DNA of 64,000 bases. It comes from Eledone cirrhosa (Eukaryota). Positions 9,708 through 24,090 of this stretch are shown here, in pieces; positions within the stretch are counted from its first letter, which is position 1, and each line of letters begins with the position of its first letter. The stretch is from the NCBI GenBank assembly GCA_964016885.1, contig OZ024742.1:130944001-131008000 (forward strand), read 5' to 3'. Both the position numbers and the translations under genes were made by a program. The notes under the pieces are model-generated. The model saw only the letters and a program-made list of their open reading frames with translations, was not told where the DNA came from and searched no databases.

Positions 9708-12553
9708 GTCAACAACAGATGGTGGTACTCTCCCAAGAGGGCAGTTAGATTAGACTCGTTAGTTTTAGTAAAGAATTAGCGTTAGATAGAAATAGAACCG
9801 AGAAGGAACTGGTAGATAAAGTAGAAGAGGCAATTAGAAGTGGCAACGGAGCCAGCATGCTAGCAACGAGAACGGCGTTGGACCACTTCTTCGACGCAAA
9901 GCACGAGGGCTGCGTTGTCAGAAGCAAAATACGTGCTCTGGGAAACGAGGGAGCCAAAGCTGTTAGCTGGGCCCGAGTGACGGAGGCAAAAAGAGGCAAC
10001 AAGTCCACGATTCGGTCTTTGAAGGACCAAAACGGACGCGTGATACGTGAGCCGAAGCAGATGCGTGCAGCCTTTCAGCGACACTTTGCTCAACTGTTCG
10101 GGCGGGGCGGCGCGCCGGGAGGGGCTATGGATTTCGGTCCATACCTCGACGGCCTACCGCGCCTCTCGGATAGCGAGGCAAAGTTCTGCGAAAAGCCGAT
10201 TTCAGCCACTGAGATAGGGGACGCACTGAGCCAATGCGGCAAACGCAAATCTCCAGGTCTCGACGGTCTACCCTACGAATTTTACGTAGCAATGCCGGAC
10301 TTATTCTCCGGTCTCCTGGAAGCGGTCTACTGCAACTGGCAACAGAACGGGAGAATTCCCAGTTCTGTAACCGGGGGCGTAGTCACGCTACTCAGGAAGG
10401 ACGAGAATAAGGGGGATGACATAGGCAACTTCCGGCCCATAACTCTGCTAAACACAGAGTTACAGATTTTGGCCAAGGTGTTGGAAAAAGAGGCTGGCGC
10501 TTGTCGTCGAGAACCTGGTGGGAGAAGCGCAGACATGCGCAATCCCGACCAGGTCCACACACGACAACCTCCACCTCATGCGATACATCATAGAGAGGGT
10601 AGGGTGTAAACCCGGCTTCGGTGGGGCCCTGATCAACTTGGATCAGTCTAAGGCTTTCGATAGGGTTAACCATCGTTACCTGGATGCGGTGCTCGAGGCG
10701 GGAGGCTTCGGACCCGTGTTCAGGGGCTGGATTGCTGCAATGCACAACAGCAACATCTGCTCAAGGGTCAAGGTGACGGCTACTTCTCGGAGCCGTTCCA
10801 TATTACGCGATCCATTCGACAGGGATGCCCTCTCTCCTCCCTTCTGTACGTACTGACTCTCGAGCCACTACTGCGGAAGTTGGAGCTATTGTAGGCATCC
10901 CTCTGGAACCGGGACTGCGGAAAGCGGCGTCGGCCTACGCCGACGACGTGACAGTAATGGTGTCGTGCAAATCGAGGAAGTCGGCACCTTACTGAAGGAA
11001 TACGAAAGTTTCACAGGAGCGAAGCTGAACCGGGACAAATCCATCGGTTTGCAACACGGATCGTGGAGAGGCAAACCGATGCATTCCGATGGCGTCGTCG
11101 GACGCTGGACGGAAGGACCGGTAAAGCTGCTCGGGGTCTGGTTTGGTCCGGACCTCCAGGTGGAGAAGAACTGGAACGAAGTGACGGCCAAGGTGTTTGC
11201 ACTCACCCAGAAGTGGGCCGAGTGCAAACTATCCTTGAAAGGTCGAGCGGAGGTGGCGAATACTTTTATAGCGTCCGCCATCTACTACCGCTTGATCGTC
11301 GTGCCTTGTCCAGCCAAAACGCTAGCCAAAATGGAGCGCGCGCTATTCCAATTCCTTTGGAAGAGGCGAACTCCTTTGGTGAGAAGATCCATCTGCTGCC
11401 AACAACCTTCTAACGGAGGGCTGGGGATGCCGTGGTTGACGATGCGCAAACAAGCGCTCAGGCTGCGGCATCTCTACGTATTCCTCACCGGACAACCGGT
11501 GTGGGCCCCGTTCGTGAGGCGAGCCTTCCCCCGACTCGTTTCGCTGACCGAGCTGCAGTCCTGGGTCAAGCAAAGACCGAGGAAAATGGGCGACTGGCAC
11601 ATCAAATGTGCTCAGGCGCTCCCAGCCCTCTGGCAAGCGGACCCGGCGATCAGTGGAGACTCCACTTCGTCATTCTATAGAGGGTTGATCCGCAGCAAGT
11701 GCGACGACGCGCTCGGTGAAACTCTAGGCGTAGAGGAAGATGAACTGGCCAGTCTGTTCGGTAGGACCTTCCGCCCGCGACCGATGGACAACTTCCAAAA
11801 GTCCCTGGCCTGGCAGTGCTACCGAGGAGCTCTACCAGTTCGAGAAAGCTCTACAGACATGGGCGACCGGGCAGGGACCCTGCAAAAAAGATCTGTCCGA
11901 GGTGCGTGCGAGACGAAGAAACCGTCGCGCACGCATTCATACACTGCCCGGGCGTCACTGACCTGTGGGGCTATGTAGAACGACTATTGTCGCGGGTGGG
12001 ACAAATCCGGTTGACCACCGAGTCCATTGTCATGATCAAACCGCCACCCTCCTTCAAAAACGAAGGAGAAGCGGTTTTCCTTTGTGTGATAGCTATGGCG
12101 AAAGAGGTTGTATGGTGGACAAGGTTGAAAGGGCTGAGGTCAGACACCTTTCTCTCCGGCCAACAACTGATTCTTTTTTTCAAATACCACTTTGGAAGAA
12201 GAATCAGGATGGAGAGAGAGGTGCTGTAACCCAGCAAGTTTTATGAAAGGTGGGTGAAAGTGGCGAGAATGGCCCGAGTGAATGGGCCTTCTCTCTATAT
12301 CAGCCTGTAGGTTGAGGAAAAGGAGGAGGAGAGGAAAGGAGTACAAACTCTTCGTACTCCTGGAGATGAGGGTTGCACATTTTTTCGGGGGTATGTGTTA
12401 CCCATATAAACTGTCTCTCCCTATTGGGGAAAATCGACTAACTATTTAAATTGCATTTGTGATAACATTTTACACGTTTTTATTGTATGTAAACTTCCCC
12501 CTTTGTATTTGTCCCCTTCTTTTGTGCCCCTGTGGCTAATAAAGAAACATACC
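9707..12553 (+). mobile_element. 5'-truncated, frameshifted Tx1 copy B (divergent subfamily)
   Basis: ORF2 pieces at 9857-10609, 10518-10856, 10965-11978 and 11816-12229; starts immediately after (TATC)n 9640-9706; 3' UTR present. Confidence 0.9.
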
Positions 12554-12766
12554 TGATGGACACACGCATATAACTTGCTGAGTAAGTTCTGTTTAAATTT
12601 CTATAGAAATTCTTGTCTGATAACTTTAATTTTTGTACCATTTTGTAGAGGGACTGCCAGGTCAAACTTTGATCTGGTCAGTCTTTCAAAATATTCTACG
12701 CCTTTAGGCGAAATAGTTAAATAAAAAAAAAGTTTTTTCTTGTTGAAAAGTCAATATTTTTTTTAA

Positions 12767-14200
12767 ATGGCCGAAGCTTCTTCACCAAAATTCAAAGGAG
12801 GAAAGGGGAAGATAAACTTACAGCTTCCCCTTGCCACTGTCACAGTAGCAGAGGTCAAGAAGAAAGGTCAGCCAGAGGAAGAATTCTCTCCACCTGTTAA
12901 CCGACAACTTGACGTTGCCATGGCAACAACCCAAAGAACCAGCAACAACAGCAACAACAACAACAATGCGACGGACGAAAACAACACCAATAACAATAAA
13001 AACAACAACAAGACCAATAACGGTGACAACAACAACAATGATAACAACAACACCACCAACGACAACAACAACACAAACAAACAAAATTTCTCCTTCGCCG
13101 AGACGACAAGGAAAACCCTCGACTATCTGCCAGTAGATATAACCAAAGCGAAGGAGCTACTGGCAGATGCGAAAAAATATATAGTGTACGGAGAAAATGG
13201 TTCATTCACAATCCATTCCCCCCCGGAACTAAAAAGCCAGAGACTCCTAAACACGGTCATGTTTAGGACAATCTCGAACAAAAGTAAAAAACCAGCTCAA
13301 CCATCACAGAGTGAGATAGAGCTGGTTTTAAAAGACGTCATGAAGGACATCACCTTCATTCAGAAGGATAGACTCTCGTGTTACCTCTGCGGAACCAGAG
13401 GTCACCCGAGGGCTGTCTGTCCCCAACTTAATAAGAAAACCCCAATCCTGCCTACACCACCAACAACTGCACAACCAACACAATCACCACAACTACCACT
13501 ACAAAAACAACCACCACAGCTCAAACCAAAACAAAACAATGTCCAACCCATCCCCTCCACTCAAAAAACAAAAACAATTTCCAAAACACCCGTACCGCAA
13601 ACACAACCCGAAAATATACCCCTCCCCTCCAACGCGGAAGATGACCCTAGTTCGTCGTCAGACGAGGAGGAGCACTTCCACACAATCAAAAGAAAAAAAA
13701 GAAAACACACCTCAGACACACAAATGAAAACAACCCCTCCCCAAAATATAACACTGACACCAACACAAAAGAGCTCACAACAACAGCAAACAAAAAACAC
13801 CACACAAAAACAAAAACATGCATACACATACATAAACACAAGAAACAAAAAACTGTTAAACATTGTGTACAACAACAATCTAATAAAAACACAAGGGCCT
13901 AACTTCACCCAGGCAGGGGATTTCCCCCACCTCAAAATGATTAAGGCCCCACAGGACACCTATAAAACTTTAAAAAACAATTTTAAAGAGGACGTGGGTC
14001 CCCCCTGCGTCGGGCCCATTAACCGCGTCCTTCTAAAAAACTATCCCACCCCCTCCCCAAACGCCCACACAACTCCAAGCTCCCCAACCACACAACACAC
14101 TGATGCCCCTACACTTCCACAAACCACCACCCCACCCAACAACCCATCCCCCACCCTAATGGAAATTGTGCAGCCCGATACCCGGGACGCAGAGAGGTAA
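12767..14200 (+). CDS. ORF1p of copy C with an in-frame deletion of ~118 aa
   Basis: Reads QKDRL|SCYLC where copy A has QKDRLYGS...RRPSCYLC. Confidence 0.8.
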   Translation: MAEASSPKFKGGKGKINLQLPLATVTVAEVKKKGQPEEEFSPPVNRQLDVAMATTQRTSNNSNNNNNATDENNTNNNKNNNKTNNGDNNNNDNNNTTNDNNNTNKQNFSFAETTRKTLDYLPVDITKAKELLADAKKYIVYGENGSFTIHSPPELKSQRLLNTVMFRTISNKSKKPAQPSQSEIELVLKDVMKDITFIQKDRLSCYLCGTRGHPRAVCPQLNKKTPILPTPPTTAQPTQSPQLPLQKQPPQLKPKQNNVQPIPSTQKTKTISKTPVPQTQPENIPLPSNAEDDPSSSSDEEEHFHTIKRKKRKHTSDTQMKTTPPQNITLTPTQKSSQQQQTKNTTQKQKHAYTYINTRNKKLLNIVYNNNLIKTQGPNFTQAGDFPHLKMIKAPQDTYKTLKNNFKEDVGPPCVGPINRVLLKNYPTPSPNAHTTPSSPTTQHTDAPTLPQTTTPPNNPSPTLMEIVQPDTRDAER

Positions 14201-14224
14201 GTGCCTTTTCTCTTCACCACCAAC

Positions 14225-17200
14225 ATGGCTATGCTAAGAGTAGGCTGTTTAAATGCGCGTGGCCTGGGCTCAACTTGGAAGCAAGCAATGCTTCTAAATG
14301 ACCTCAGGTCACAACGTATAGATGTGATGGTTATTTGCGAGGCCCGGATCAGCAACGTGCGACAGCTCGCCCCCACCTTTGATGACTTTGAGATGCACGC
14401 ATCTCTCTGTCAGCCCGGAGGTGGGGGTGGAGTTGTCGTTCTGCTGCAAAAACATCGGGGTCTCGCAACACAGATGGTACATTTGGACCCGGAGGGTCGA
14501 CTAGTGGTCCTGGACCTTGGCAGTGGTAAAGGCGGAGCGTTTAGGTTGGTAGCCGCCTACGGCCCTTTCGGGTCAATGCGGCCGGACTTCTTCCATCGTC
14601 TGGAGACTTTTCTAGGGACGTCCCGCTCCTTGCTATTAGTGGGGGACTGGAATGGTATCCTAGATGCACGCTGGGACTACGTAGGGGCCTGTCCCGATAG
14701 AGAGGGGTGTAATAGCCTCAAAGGGTTAATCGGTCAATTTGACCTGGCCGATAGATATCGACTAGATTTTCCGACTGCGCCAACCTGGACTTGGGCAAAT
14801 CGTAGCGGAACATCTAGGTCGTACCTAGATAGGTTCTTAGTTAGAATTAAGGATAAGGACTTTTTAAGTTGTCCAAAAATGCGCATGGTTGGCTATTCAG
14901 ACCACAAATTAGTGACCTGCATGGTCAACCTTGACAGAACTCATAGACAGGGACCCGGTTACTGGAAGCTCAACTTGTCCTTACCGGCAAGTAAGGCTTA
15001 CAGGAACCGGATTAGCACTTTAGTTAAGGAGCGGTTGACGGGCGCCATCGTCAACAGCAGGTGGTGGGGATCTCTCAAAAGAGAGATTAGAGTAGTCTCT
15101 ATAGAATTTAGTAAGGAGTTAGCCTCCAATAGAAATAGGAAGGAAAGGGAGTTGGTAGATAGTGTAGAAGAGGCAATTAGAAGCGGCGACGTGGCCAGAG
15201 TGCTAGCGTCGAGAACGGCCCTGGGCCAGTTCTTCGACGCGAAACACGAAGGCTGCATCGTCCGAAGCAAAATACGTGCTCTGGGAAACGAGGGGACCAA
15301 AGCTGTTAGCTGGCCCCGCGTGACAGAAGCCAAAAGAGGGAGCAGATCCACTATCCGGTCTTTGCGAGACCAGGATGGACGGGTGATCCTTGAACCTAAG
15401 CAGATGTGCGAGGCTTTTCAAAAGCACTTTGCCGAATTGTTCGGAAGGGGCGGGGGGCCGGTTGGGGACGTGGACTTCGGTCCATACCTCGACGGCCTGC
15501 CGCGTCTCTCGGACAGGGAGGCGAAGTCCTGCGTGGAGCCGATTTTAGCCGCTGAGATAGAGGACGTGCTGAGCCAATGCGGCAAACGCAAATCCCCGGG
15601 TCTCGATGGTCTTCCATACGAACTATATCTAGCTATGCCGGACTTGTTCCCCGAACTCCTCGAGGCGGTCTACTGCAACTGGCGACAGAACGGGAGAATT
15701 CCCTGTGCTGTGACCAAGGGCGTAGTCACACTAGTGAGGAAGGACGAGAACAAGGGGGACGCATAAATAATTTCAGGCCCATAACTCTGCTAAATACAGA
15801 GTTACAGATTTTGGCCAAGGTGCTAGCAAAGAGGTTGGCGCTTGTCGTGGGCAACCTGGTGGGAGATGCGCAGACATGTGCTATCCCGTCCAGGTCCATC
15901 CACGATAACCTCCACCTCATGCGATACATCATAGAGAGGGTTGGGAACGAACCCGGCTTTGGTGGGGCCCTGATCAACTTGGATCAATCTAAGGCATTCG
16001 ATAGGGTCGACCATGGTTACTTGGATGCGGTGCTAGCGACGGCAGGCTTCGGACCCGTTTTCAGGGGCTGGATCAATGCCATGCACAGCAGCCGCATCTG
16101 TTCTAGGGTCAAGGTGAACGGCTACCTCTCGGAGCCGTTCGAAATCGCGCGGTCCATCCGACAGGGGTGCCCTCGGAAATCGGGGCGATCGGCACCTTAC
16201 TGGAGGAGTACGAAAGGTTTACAGGGGCTAAGCTGAACCGGGACAAGTCGATCGGTCTGCAACTCGGCACGTGGAGGGGCAGATCGATGCCCTCCGATGG
16301 CGTCGTCGGGCGCTGGACGGAGGGCCCGATGAAATTGCTCGGGGTCTGGTTCGGACCAGACCTCCAGGTGGAGAAGAACTGGGGTGAGGTGACGAGCAGG
16401 GTGTTTGCACTGACCCAGAAGTGGGCCGAGTGCAAACTGTCCCTGAAAGGTTGGGCGCAGGTGGCGAACACTTATATAGCGTCCGTCATCTACTACCGCC
16501 TGACCGTGGTGCCTTGCCCAAGGGAAACGCTCGCCAAAATGGAGCGCGCACTCTTCCAATTCCTTTGGAAGAAGCGGGCTCCTATGGTGAGGAGATCCAT
16601 CTGCTGTCAACACCCTTCGAAAGGAGGGCTGGGGATGCCGTGGCTGATGATACGTAAACACGCATTAAGGCTACGGCACCTTCAGGTATTCCTCTCCGGT
16701 CAACCGGTGTGGGCCCCGTTTGTGAGGCGAGCCTTTCCCAGACTCGTCTCACCCACCGAGCTGCAATCCTGGGTCAAGCAAAGACCGAGAAAACTGGGCG
16801 CCTGGCACACCGAGTGTGCCCAGGCGCTCACGGCTCTCTGGCAGGCGGACCCGGCTGTCAGTGGAGAATCCACCTCGTCATTCTATAGAGGGCTGGTGGT
16901 TAGCAGGTGCGACGACGCCCTCGGAGAAGCCCTAGGCATGGAGGAAGACGAACTGGCCAACCTGTTCGGTAGGACATTCAGCCTGGGACCCATGGATAAT
17001 TTCCAGAGGTCCCTGGCCTGGCAATGCTACAGAAGGGCTCTGCCCGTTCGAGAAAGGCTCTACAGACACTGGCGCCCGGGTAGGGACCCATCGAAAAAGG
17101 TCTGTCCCAGATGCGTGTGCGACGAGGAAACCGTTGCACACGCATTGGTACACTGCTCGGGCATTGCCGATCTGTGGGGCTATGTCGAACAACTGCTGTC

Positions 17201-17519
17201 AAGGGTGGGACCGATCCGGTTGACCACCGAGTCTATTGTAACGATCAAGCCGCCTCCCCTCTTCAAAAACGAAGGAGAGGCGGTGTTTCTGTGCGTAATA
17301 GCCATGGCGAAAGAGGTTGTATGGTGGACGCGTCTGAAAGGACTGAGGTCAGACACCTTTCTCTCTGGCCAACAACTGGTCCGTTCCTTCCGATATCATT
17401 TCGGAAGAAGGATCAGGATGGAGAGAGAGGTGCTGCACCCAAGCCGTTTCTATGAAAGATGGGTGAAAGTGGCGAGAATGGCCCGTGTGAATGGGCCTTC
17501 ACTCTACATCAGACTATAG
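14225..17519 (+). pseudogene. ORF2 of copy C: frameshift near 15761 and deletion near 16173 that removes YADD
   Basis: Three ORF pieces; QGCP is joined to the SEIGAIG region, lacking about positions 4211-4354 of copy A. Confidence 0.88.
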
Positions 17520-17781
17520 GTGAGGAAGATGAAAGACCAAGGGAGCACCCCTTCTCTGTGCTCCTGAGGAGAAGGGTTGCACACTTTTTTCGGGGGTGTG
17601 TGCGACCCCCAAGGCGCCTCCTCTCTATTGAGGACTTTGTTATAAATTTTATTTTTTGTTATATTTTATTTTATTTTTATATATTGTTATTGCCTCCTCC
17701 TTATTGAGGACGCCTTGTTTTGTAAACTCCCCCATTGTACTTGTCCCACTTTTGATGCCCTGGTGGCAAATAAAAGAAACA

Positions 17782-17841
<60 letters not shown>

Positions 17842-17879
17842 AATCTATCTATCTATCTATCTATCTATCTCTCTCTCTA

Positions 17880-17970
<91 letters not shown>

Positions 17971-18261
17971 TCACCCCAGCCAGTTTTATGAAAGGTGGGT
18001 GAAAGTGGCGAGAATGACCCGTGTGAATGGGCCTTCTCTCTATATCAGCTTGTAGGTGAAAAAGATGGAAGAACAAGGGAGCACCCTCTCTCTGTGCTCC
18101 TGAGGAGAAGGGTTGCACACTTTTTCGGGGGTGTGTTCGATCCCCCAAAACGCCTCCTCCCTATTGAGGACTTTATTGTTAATTTTATATTTGTTATTTG
18201 TTTATTTTTACTCGTTCTTTTGTCCCCTTCTTTTGCGCCCTCGTGGCAATAAATAGAAACA

Positions 18262-18262
<1 letters not shown>
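17971..18262 (+). mobile_element. Short 5'-truncated Tx1 3' end (copy D) inside (TATC)n
   Basis: Last ORF2 codons plus 3' UTR; (TATC)n on both sides. Confidence 0.88.
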
Positions 18263-18347
<85 letters not shown>

Positions 18348-18348
<1 letters not shown>

Positions 18349-20359
18349 GGGATGGACACACGCGTGAAACTTGCTGGGTAAGTTCTGCCTAAATTTCTAT
18401 AGAAACTCTTAACTGTGAACCTTCATTTTTATACCAATTTGTAGAGGGACTGCCAGGTAAAACTTTGATCTGGTCAGGCTCTCAAAATATTCTACGCCTT
18501 TAGGCGAAATAGTTCATAAAAAATCTTTGGAAAAACTGACATTTAAAAAAAAAATGGCTGAAGCTTCTTCAACATTCGAAGGAGGAAAGGGGAAGATATG
18601 CTTACAGCTTCCCCCTACCACTGTCATAGTAGCAGATGTCAACGACAAAGGTCAGCCAGAAGAAGGATTTTCTCCACCTGCTGACCGACAACTTGACGTT
18701 GCCATGGCAACAAATCAAAACCAAAAGTGTGAAACAATGAACAAAATCAACACAACCAGTGGCACCAGCAACAGCAACAACAACAATTCTATGAACGAAA
18801 ACAACACCAACAACAAGAACAACAACAACAACAACAACACCAACAACAAGACCAATAACTTCAACAAGGAAGTAAACGACAAAATATCTTTGCGCAAGCC
18901 GTTAAGAAAACGGTAAGCTACACTCCGGTAGATATTTCAAATGCAAATGAGCTTTTGAATAACGCCAGACAGTACATAACTTTTGGGGAGAACGGATCAT
19001 TCTCCATAAACTCTACCCCAGATTTGCGAAGACGAGCTGCGTTGAAATCTGTGGTTTTCAGGACAGTCTCAAACAAAACCCGAAAACCGACTCAACTTTC
19101 ACAAGGCAAAATTGAGTTGGTTTTAGAAGATGCCTTAAAAGATATTGCTTTCATTTAGAAGGGTAGACTCTACGGGAGTTTATCCATTCTGATGAAAGAT
19201 CAACTGACGGCACAGAAATATTCTGTGTCGCCAATTGTGTCACCGTTACATGGGGAAAAAACACAGAAAATAAAAATCCAACGTATCACATCAAATATTG
19301 ATATTTAGTGGATACTATGTGGATTTTTAAACTTCGAACAAGACTCAATAGTATCGGTAGTTAAGTCCTCCGGCGACCTGTTCAGCGGAACTAGCCTGGA
19401 AATTTTTGTCCAAATGACACCAGAACGAATAGCTAGGATCTCGGAACGTGTTTTGCTGGATGGGCTTATATACATAAAAATTTCGGTCGAGGGTAGGCGG
19501 CCCTCATGTTACCACTGCCTAAGCAGGGATCACCTGATAGCTTCCTGTCCTCGGCTAACTAGCCAAAAAAAGTCATTACTGCCAACACCTGCAACACCAG
19601 CACAACAATCACCACCACCACCACCACCACCACCACCACCACCACCACCACCACAACAACAACAACATAAAAAAATAGTAACAACAAAACAAACGACAAA
19701 CACAGTCCCACCCAACCCCTCCCCACCTAAAATAACTCCAGAAACACCCACACACATAACAGCTCCCCAAAATGTACCCCTCCCCAACAACACGGATGAG
19801 GCCTCATCATCGTCACCCAGTGACGATGAGGGAGAGCCTTTCCAGCCAGTAAAAAGAAAAAAGAAAAGACATAACACAAACAAAAATGCAACAAACCCAC
19901 AAACACCAACACAAGCGACGCAAACAGCACAAACAAAAACACCCCCGCCTGAAAACAAAATACCTACAACAAAACGTAAACACACACAAGAACCACAGAC
20001 AAAAAGCAACACAACACAACAAAAATGTTACACCTACATAAATACTAACAATACAACTTTAACAGACGCCATATATAAAAACCCTTCGGTGGAGACCGAA
20101 GGGAAAACTTTTACACACTCTTCGGAGAATCCTAATCTTAAAATGATTAGGATCTCCACGGACACACATAAACAGTTAAAAGAAAAATTTCCTAACGACG
20201 TAGGTAACCCCTGCGTCAAACCCTATAACCGCGTCCTTTTGAAATGTTTCCCCACCCCACCCTAGATACCCCCTCCCCACCAAACATCTCCGTCCCCACC
20301 CCGCCAGAGACCCCACCCCACCAAACAACCCCTCCAACACCCCCATGGAAATTGTGCTG

Positions 20360-20362
<3 letters not shown>
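18348..20362 (+). mobile_element. Tx1 copy E: 5' UTR and degenerate divergent ORF1, 3'-truncated
   Basis: MAEASSTFEGGKGK start; CYHCLSRDHLIASC knuckle; stops and frameshifts; ends at (TA)n before ORF2. Confidence 0.85.
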
Positions 20363-20400
<38 letters not shown>

Positions 20401-20405
<5 letters not shown>

Positions 20406-20750
20406 AACAAGTAAGACCCCGACGGCTGAGCTCAAGCCGTTTCGACGGCTAATTCTGCCATCGAAACGGCTTGAGCTCAGCCGTCGGGGTCTTACTTGTT
20501 CCTATTACCCACTCTACTACCTTAAGTATTGAGTACTTTGGTGCGTTATGGTCCACCTGGTTCCTTACCACATTTCCTTCGTTATATATATATATACATA
20601 TATAAGGAACGATCCAGTAAAATGAACGGCAGAGCTCAAGCTGTTTCGACACCTATTTCTGGACTCAGTCCAGAAGCACTGCCGTCGGGGTTCTGACTCT
20701 TTTCCTATTACCCACTCTACTACCCAAAGTATCGAGTACTCTGGTATACA
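20401..20750 (+). mobile_element. Two copies of a short fold-back repeat carrying the 3' half of a hammerhead
   Basis: Inverted repeat 20401-20449/20457-20505; GAAA-CGGCU...AGCCG-UC-GGGGUC; relatives at 23480-23620, 42853-42993 and 53214-53415. Confidence 0.7.
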
Positions 20751-21170
20751 TAATTGAAATAAAACCTATAACAATGATGTAAAGAATAAAAATGTAAAAA
20801 GAAAAAAAACCCAATAAAAACAGGTGCACACAAGAATATATAAGCAGCCATGAAGACTCGCTTGATAGAAGAGATACGGCTGAATGTTTTACTCCTGAGT
20901 ACTCAATACCACAAAAAAAAAAAACAGTTGCAAAGCATACTCGTCAAGATATAAAACATTTGCCTTTGTTTATAGCAAGAATGCATTGAATTCGGTGAGA
21001 CGAATACACACACACACACACATACATACACACAGATACACACACACACACAGATACACACACAGATCACGCACACACACATACAGAGATACACACATAC
21101 ACATACACATACACACATACAGAGACACACACACACAGACACACAGAAACACACATACATACATACATAC

Positions 21171-21220
<50 letters not shown>

Positions 21221-21252
21221 CTATACATGCATATATCTATACATGTATATAT

Positions 21253-21307
<55 letters not shown>

Positions 21308-21564
21308 TATATATATATATGTGTGTGTGTGTGTCAATGTGCAGATGGATGAGTGTGTGTGTGTGTGTGTGTGCGTAATTTGTTTTGTTTACACACTCAT
21401 GATATGTCAAAATTGCCGTAAACGATACAGATTGTTTTCATTTTGGGGAAGCAAACAAACCATGAAAAAATGTAAATATTTATGTTACATATCTTCCCAG
21501 AGCACACTGAAAACGCACCCACATCCCCCCCCCCACGCACACAAACGCACGCACACACGCACAC

Positions 21565-21665
<101 letters not shown>

Positions 21666-22421
21666 ATAGAAATCAAGAGGATCTGAATGATATGTTCCAA
21701 ACCTTTCGAAAATCAAGAAGAAATCAAGTCGTAGAATAGTTTGTGCGATTTGGAAAAGAATTTATATAACTATAAAAAAGCTGGAAAAAGAATTGGAAAT
21801 CTGTTTAATATTTTTACAGATGTTTTGAAAATGTTTCGGTTAGGGTGAATAATATTTACAGTAAACAAAGCACAAATAACGTCTAGTCCTTGATATACAG
21901 AGATGCAGTATCTAATACTCTTCTGTCAAATGAATCATCCTTCAGTTTCTAGATGTAAAGTGATAGAGAGGTATTGATAATTCAACCTGTATGTCTGAAA
22001 GAGAATGTATACTGATTAAATCTGCTATTGAACGTATGCGTTAACTCTCTTATAGTTTCTCTGTATATGTTTCTCTGTATATGTTTCGTTCTATACACGA
22101 CCATCTTAAGGATACATGAACAGTTTAATAGAAAGTTCTGAGTGGTTTTGCAATATATGTGTATATATAGTTCAAAGTTCGTAAAATTATGCACAGATAA
22201 TATATTAGTCAATAAAATTCCAGCACAACAGGATTTTCACATTTTGAATTTTTTCAGATTTATTTTTACTGTCATATTTTACAGCAATCTTCAGGTGAAT
22301 ATTGATGTGGCAACGATAGCTAGATGGCGTTACTGTATAGTTAAATAAGAGATAATCTATATAATACTTTCATGCTTTACAATATTTTTCGGGAGCAATG
22401 ATAATTAAGTAATGGATTGTC

Positions 22422-22590
22422 GGTGGATTGGCAGTGTCGGTAGAGCGTCATAGAGTCATGGCCCATTACATTCTGAGTTCAAAACCCGTCGTGGTTAACT
22501 TTGCCTTTCATCCTTACGGGGTCGATAAAATAAAGTACCAATAATGAACTGAGATAATTGCTGGCCTTGTGCCAAATGTAGAAACAATTA
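22422..22590 (+). mobile_element. tRNA-derived SINE with Deu/Nin-like core
   Basis: A box TGGCAGTGTCGG, B box GAGTTCAAAACC, core GCCTTTCATCCT..GGGGTCGATAAAATAAAGTACC. Confidence 0.8.
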
Positions 22591-23442
22591 TTTTAACGTC
22601 ATTTACGTCCCTTTATGTTCTGAGCGCAAATCCTGCCTTTAAAATAAAGTACCAGTAACCCACTGAGGTCGATTTAATCGACTTTCCCCGCCTCCAAATC
22701 TCTGGCCTTGTGCTTTAATTAGAAACCATTATTTTAATGGCATACATAGGTCAAAGTGAGATTGTGAGTGTATGTATATTACATGTTTATATCTTTATAC
22801 ATATTTATATGCATGTATACTTACATACATCAAATAAGTTGATAATACAATACAACTATATACGGCATACAAATATTTAAAGCTCAAATGTGATTTTATT
22901 GTCCACAGCAAGATTGGCAAAAGACAGTTCAGAGTTTAATCCAATTTGTAAATTTCCAGTCATTGTAGTTTTATAAAAATCACAGATCAGTGGACAATAA
23001 TAGAATAATAGGGGGTGGTAGAATATGCGGGTGGGTGAGGTGGTGGTGGCATAAACAAGGGTATTGGAATAAGCCGGGTGGGTGGGTGTTGGAAAGTCGG
23101 TAATTTTTTTAGGCTGTCTTTTTTGATTAAAAAAACCCCATTTCGTTTAGTTCACATATTGTGACTTCCAACCCAACCTATTTATTTTACAACATATGGG
23201 ATTTTTAGTAATGTACTTTTTTGTCATGTATAGTGTTTTAATGTATAAAGAAAATTAATTATCTCAGGAATGCTACCAGTTAAAATAAAATTTCGCCGGA
23301 GATAGATTAACAAAATTTAATACGCGGGGGAGGTGTGGGTGGTGGAGCAATCTGAAAAAATAATAAGCCGGGGTGGGAAGGACTATTATTCGAGACCAGA
23401 GAGTATTAAACCTTGGTTATTTATTTATTTATTCATTATATA

Positions 23443-23474
<32 letters not shown>

Positions 23475-23479
23475 ACAAT

Positions 23480-23620
23480 CTATAACAAAGATGGTGTGGT
23501 AAGTTACCGGGTGGGCCATAACGTACCAGAGTACATAATACTTCGGGTAGTAGAGTGGGTAATATGATCTAGCTGTCGAAACGGCCGGAGCTCAGCCGTC
23601 GGGGTCCTGACACTTTTAAT
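23480..23620. mobile_element. Rearranged copy of the half-hammerhead repeat
   Basis: Inverted 3' part joined to GATCTAGCTGTCGAAACGGCCGGAGCTCAGCCGTCGGGGTC. Confidence 0.65.
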
Positions 23621-23907
23621 CCTGGTATGTTTATATACATTTTTTCTTCTAACTTTAATTTTATACCTAATTGTGTATGGTTCACGATATATTTAATCGA
23701 TTTCCACTTGCTATTAAAACGATGGGTTTTCTATAGTTGTTGATCGCGAATAGATGGCTGTCGTTTATTTATCTATTATTTCTTCATAGGTGCCTTTTAA
23801 TCTTATAGCCAGGTTTAATTGTTTTTTTTTTGTGTGGTTGATTATGCTGATTGGGAGAGGAAATGGTGTATATATCTTATCAAATGATTCTATGGACATA
23901 ATTTGTA

Positions 23908-23986
<79 letters not shown>

Positions 23987-24032
23987 TGAATAGGTTTTCA
24001 AATCCATATTTAATAAAAAACACCATGTTTTA

Positions 24033-24090
24033 TTCATTCTGACGACTGCAAACAGATATATCTGCTTTCAAGAAACCACTGGTAAATGAA
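24033..24090 (+). ncRNA. Type I hammerhead motif
   Basis: UUCAUU-CUGACGA-stem II (CAGAU/AUCUG)-GAAA-CCACUGG-UA-AAUGAA; base of stem II is mismatched. Confidence 0.7.

Larger units (their letters stand above)
12555..17783 (+). mobile_element. Full-length but internally deleted Tx1 copy C
   Basis: Same termini as copy A; followed by (TATC)n 17784-17970. Confidence 0.92.
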
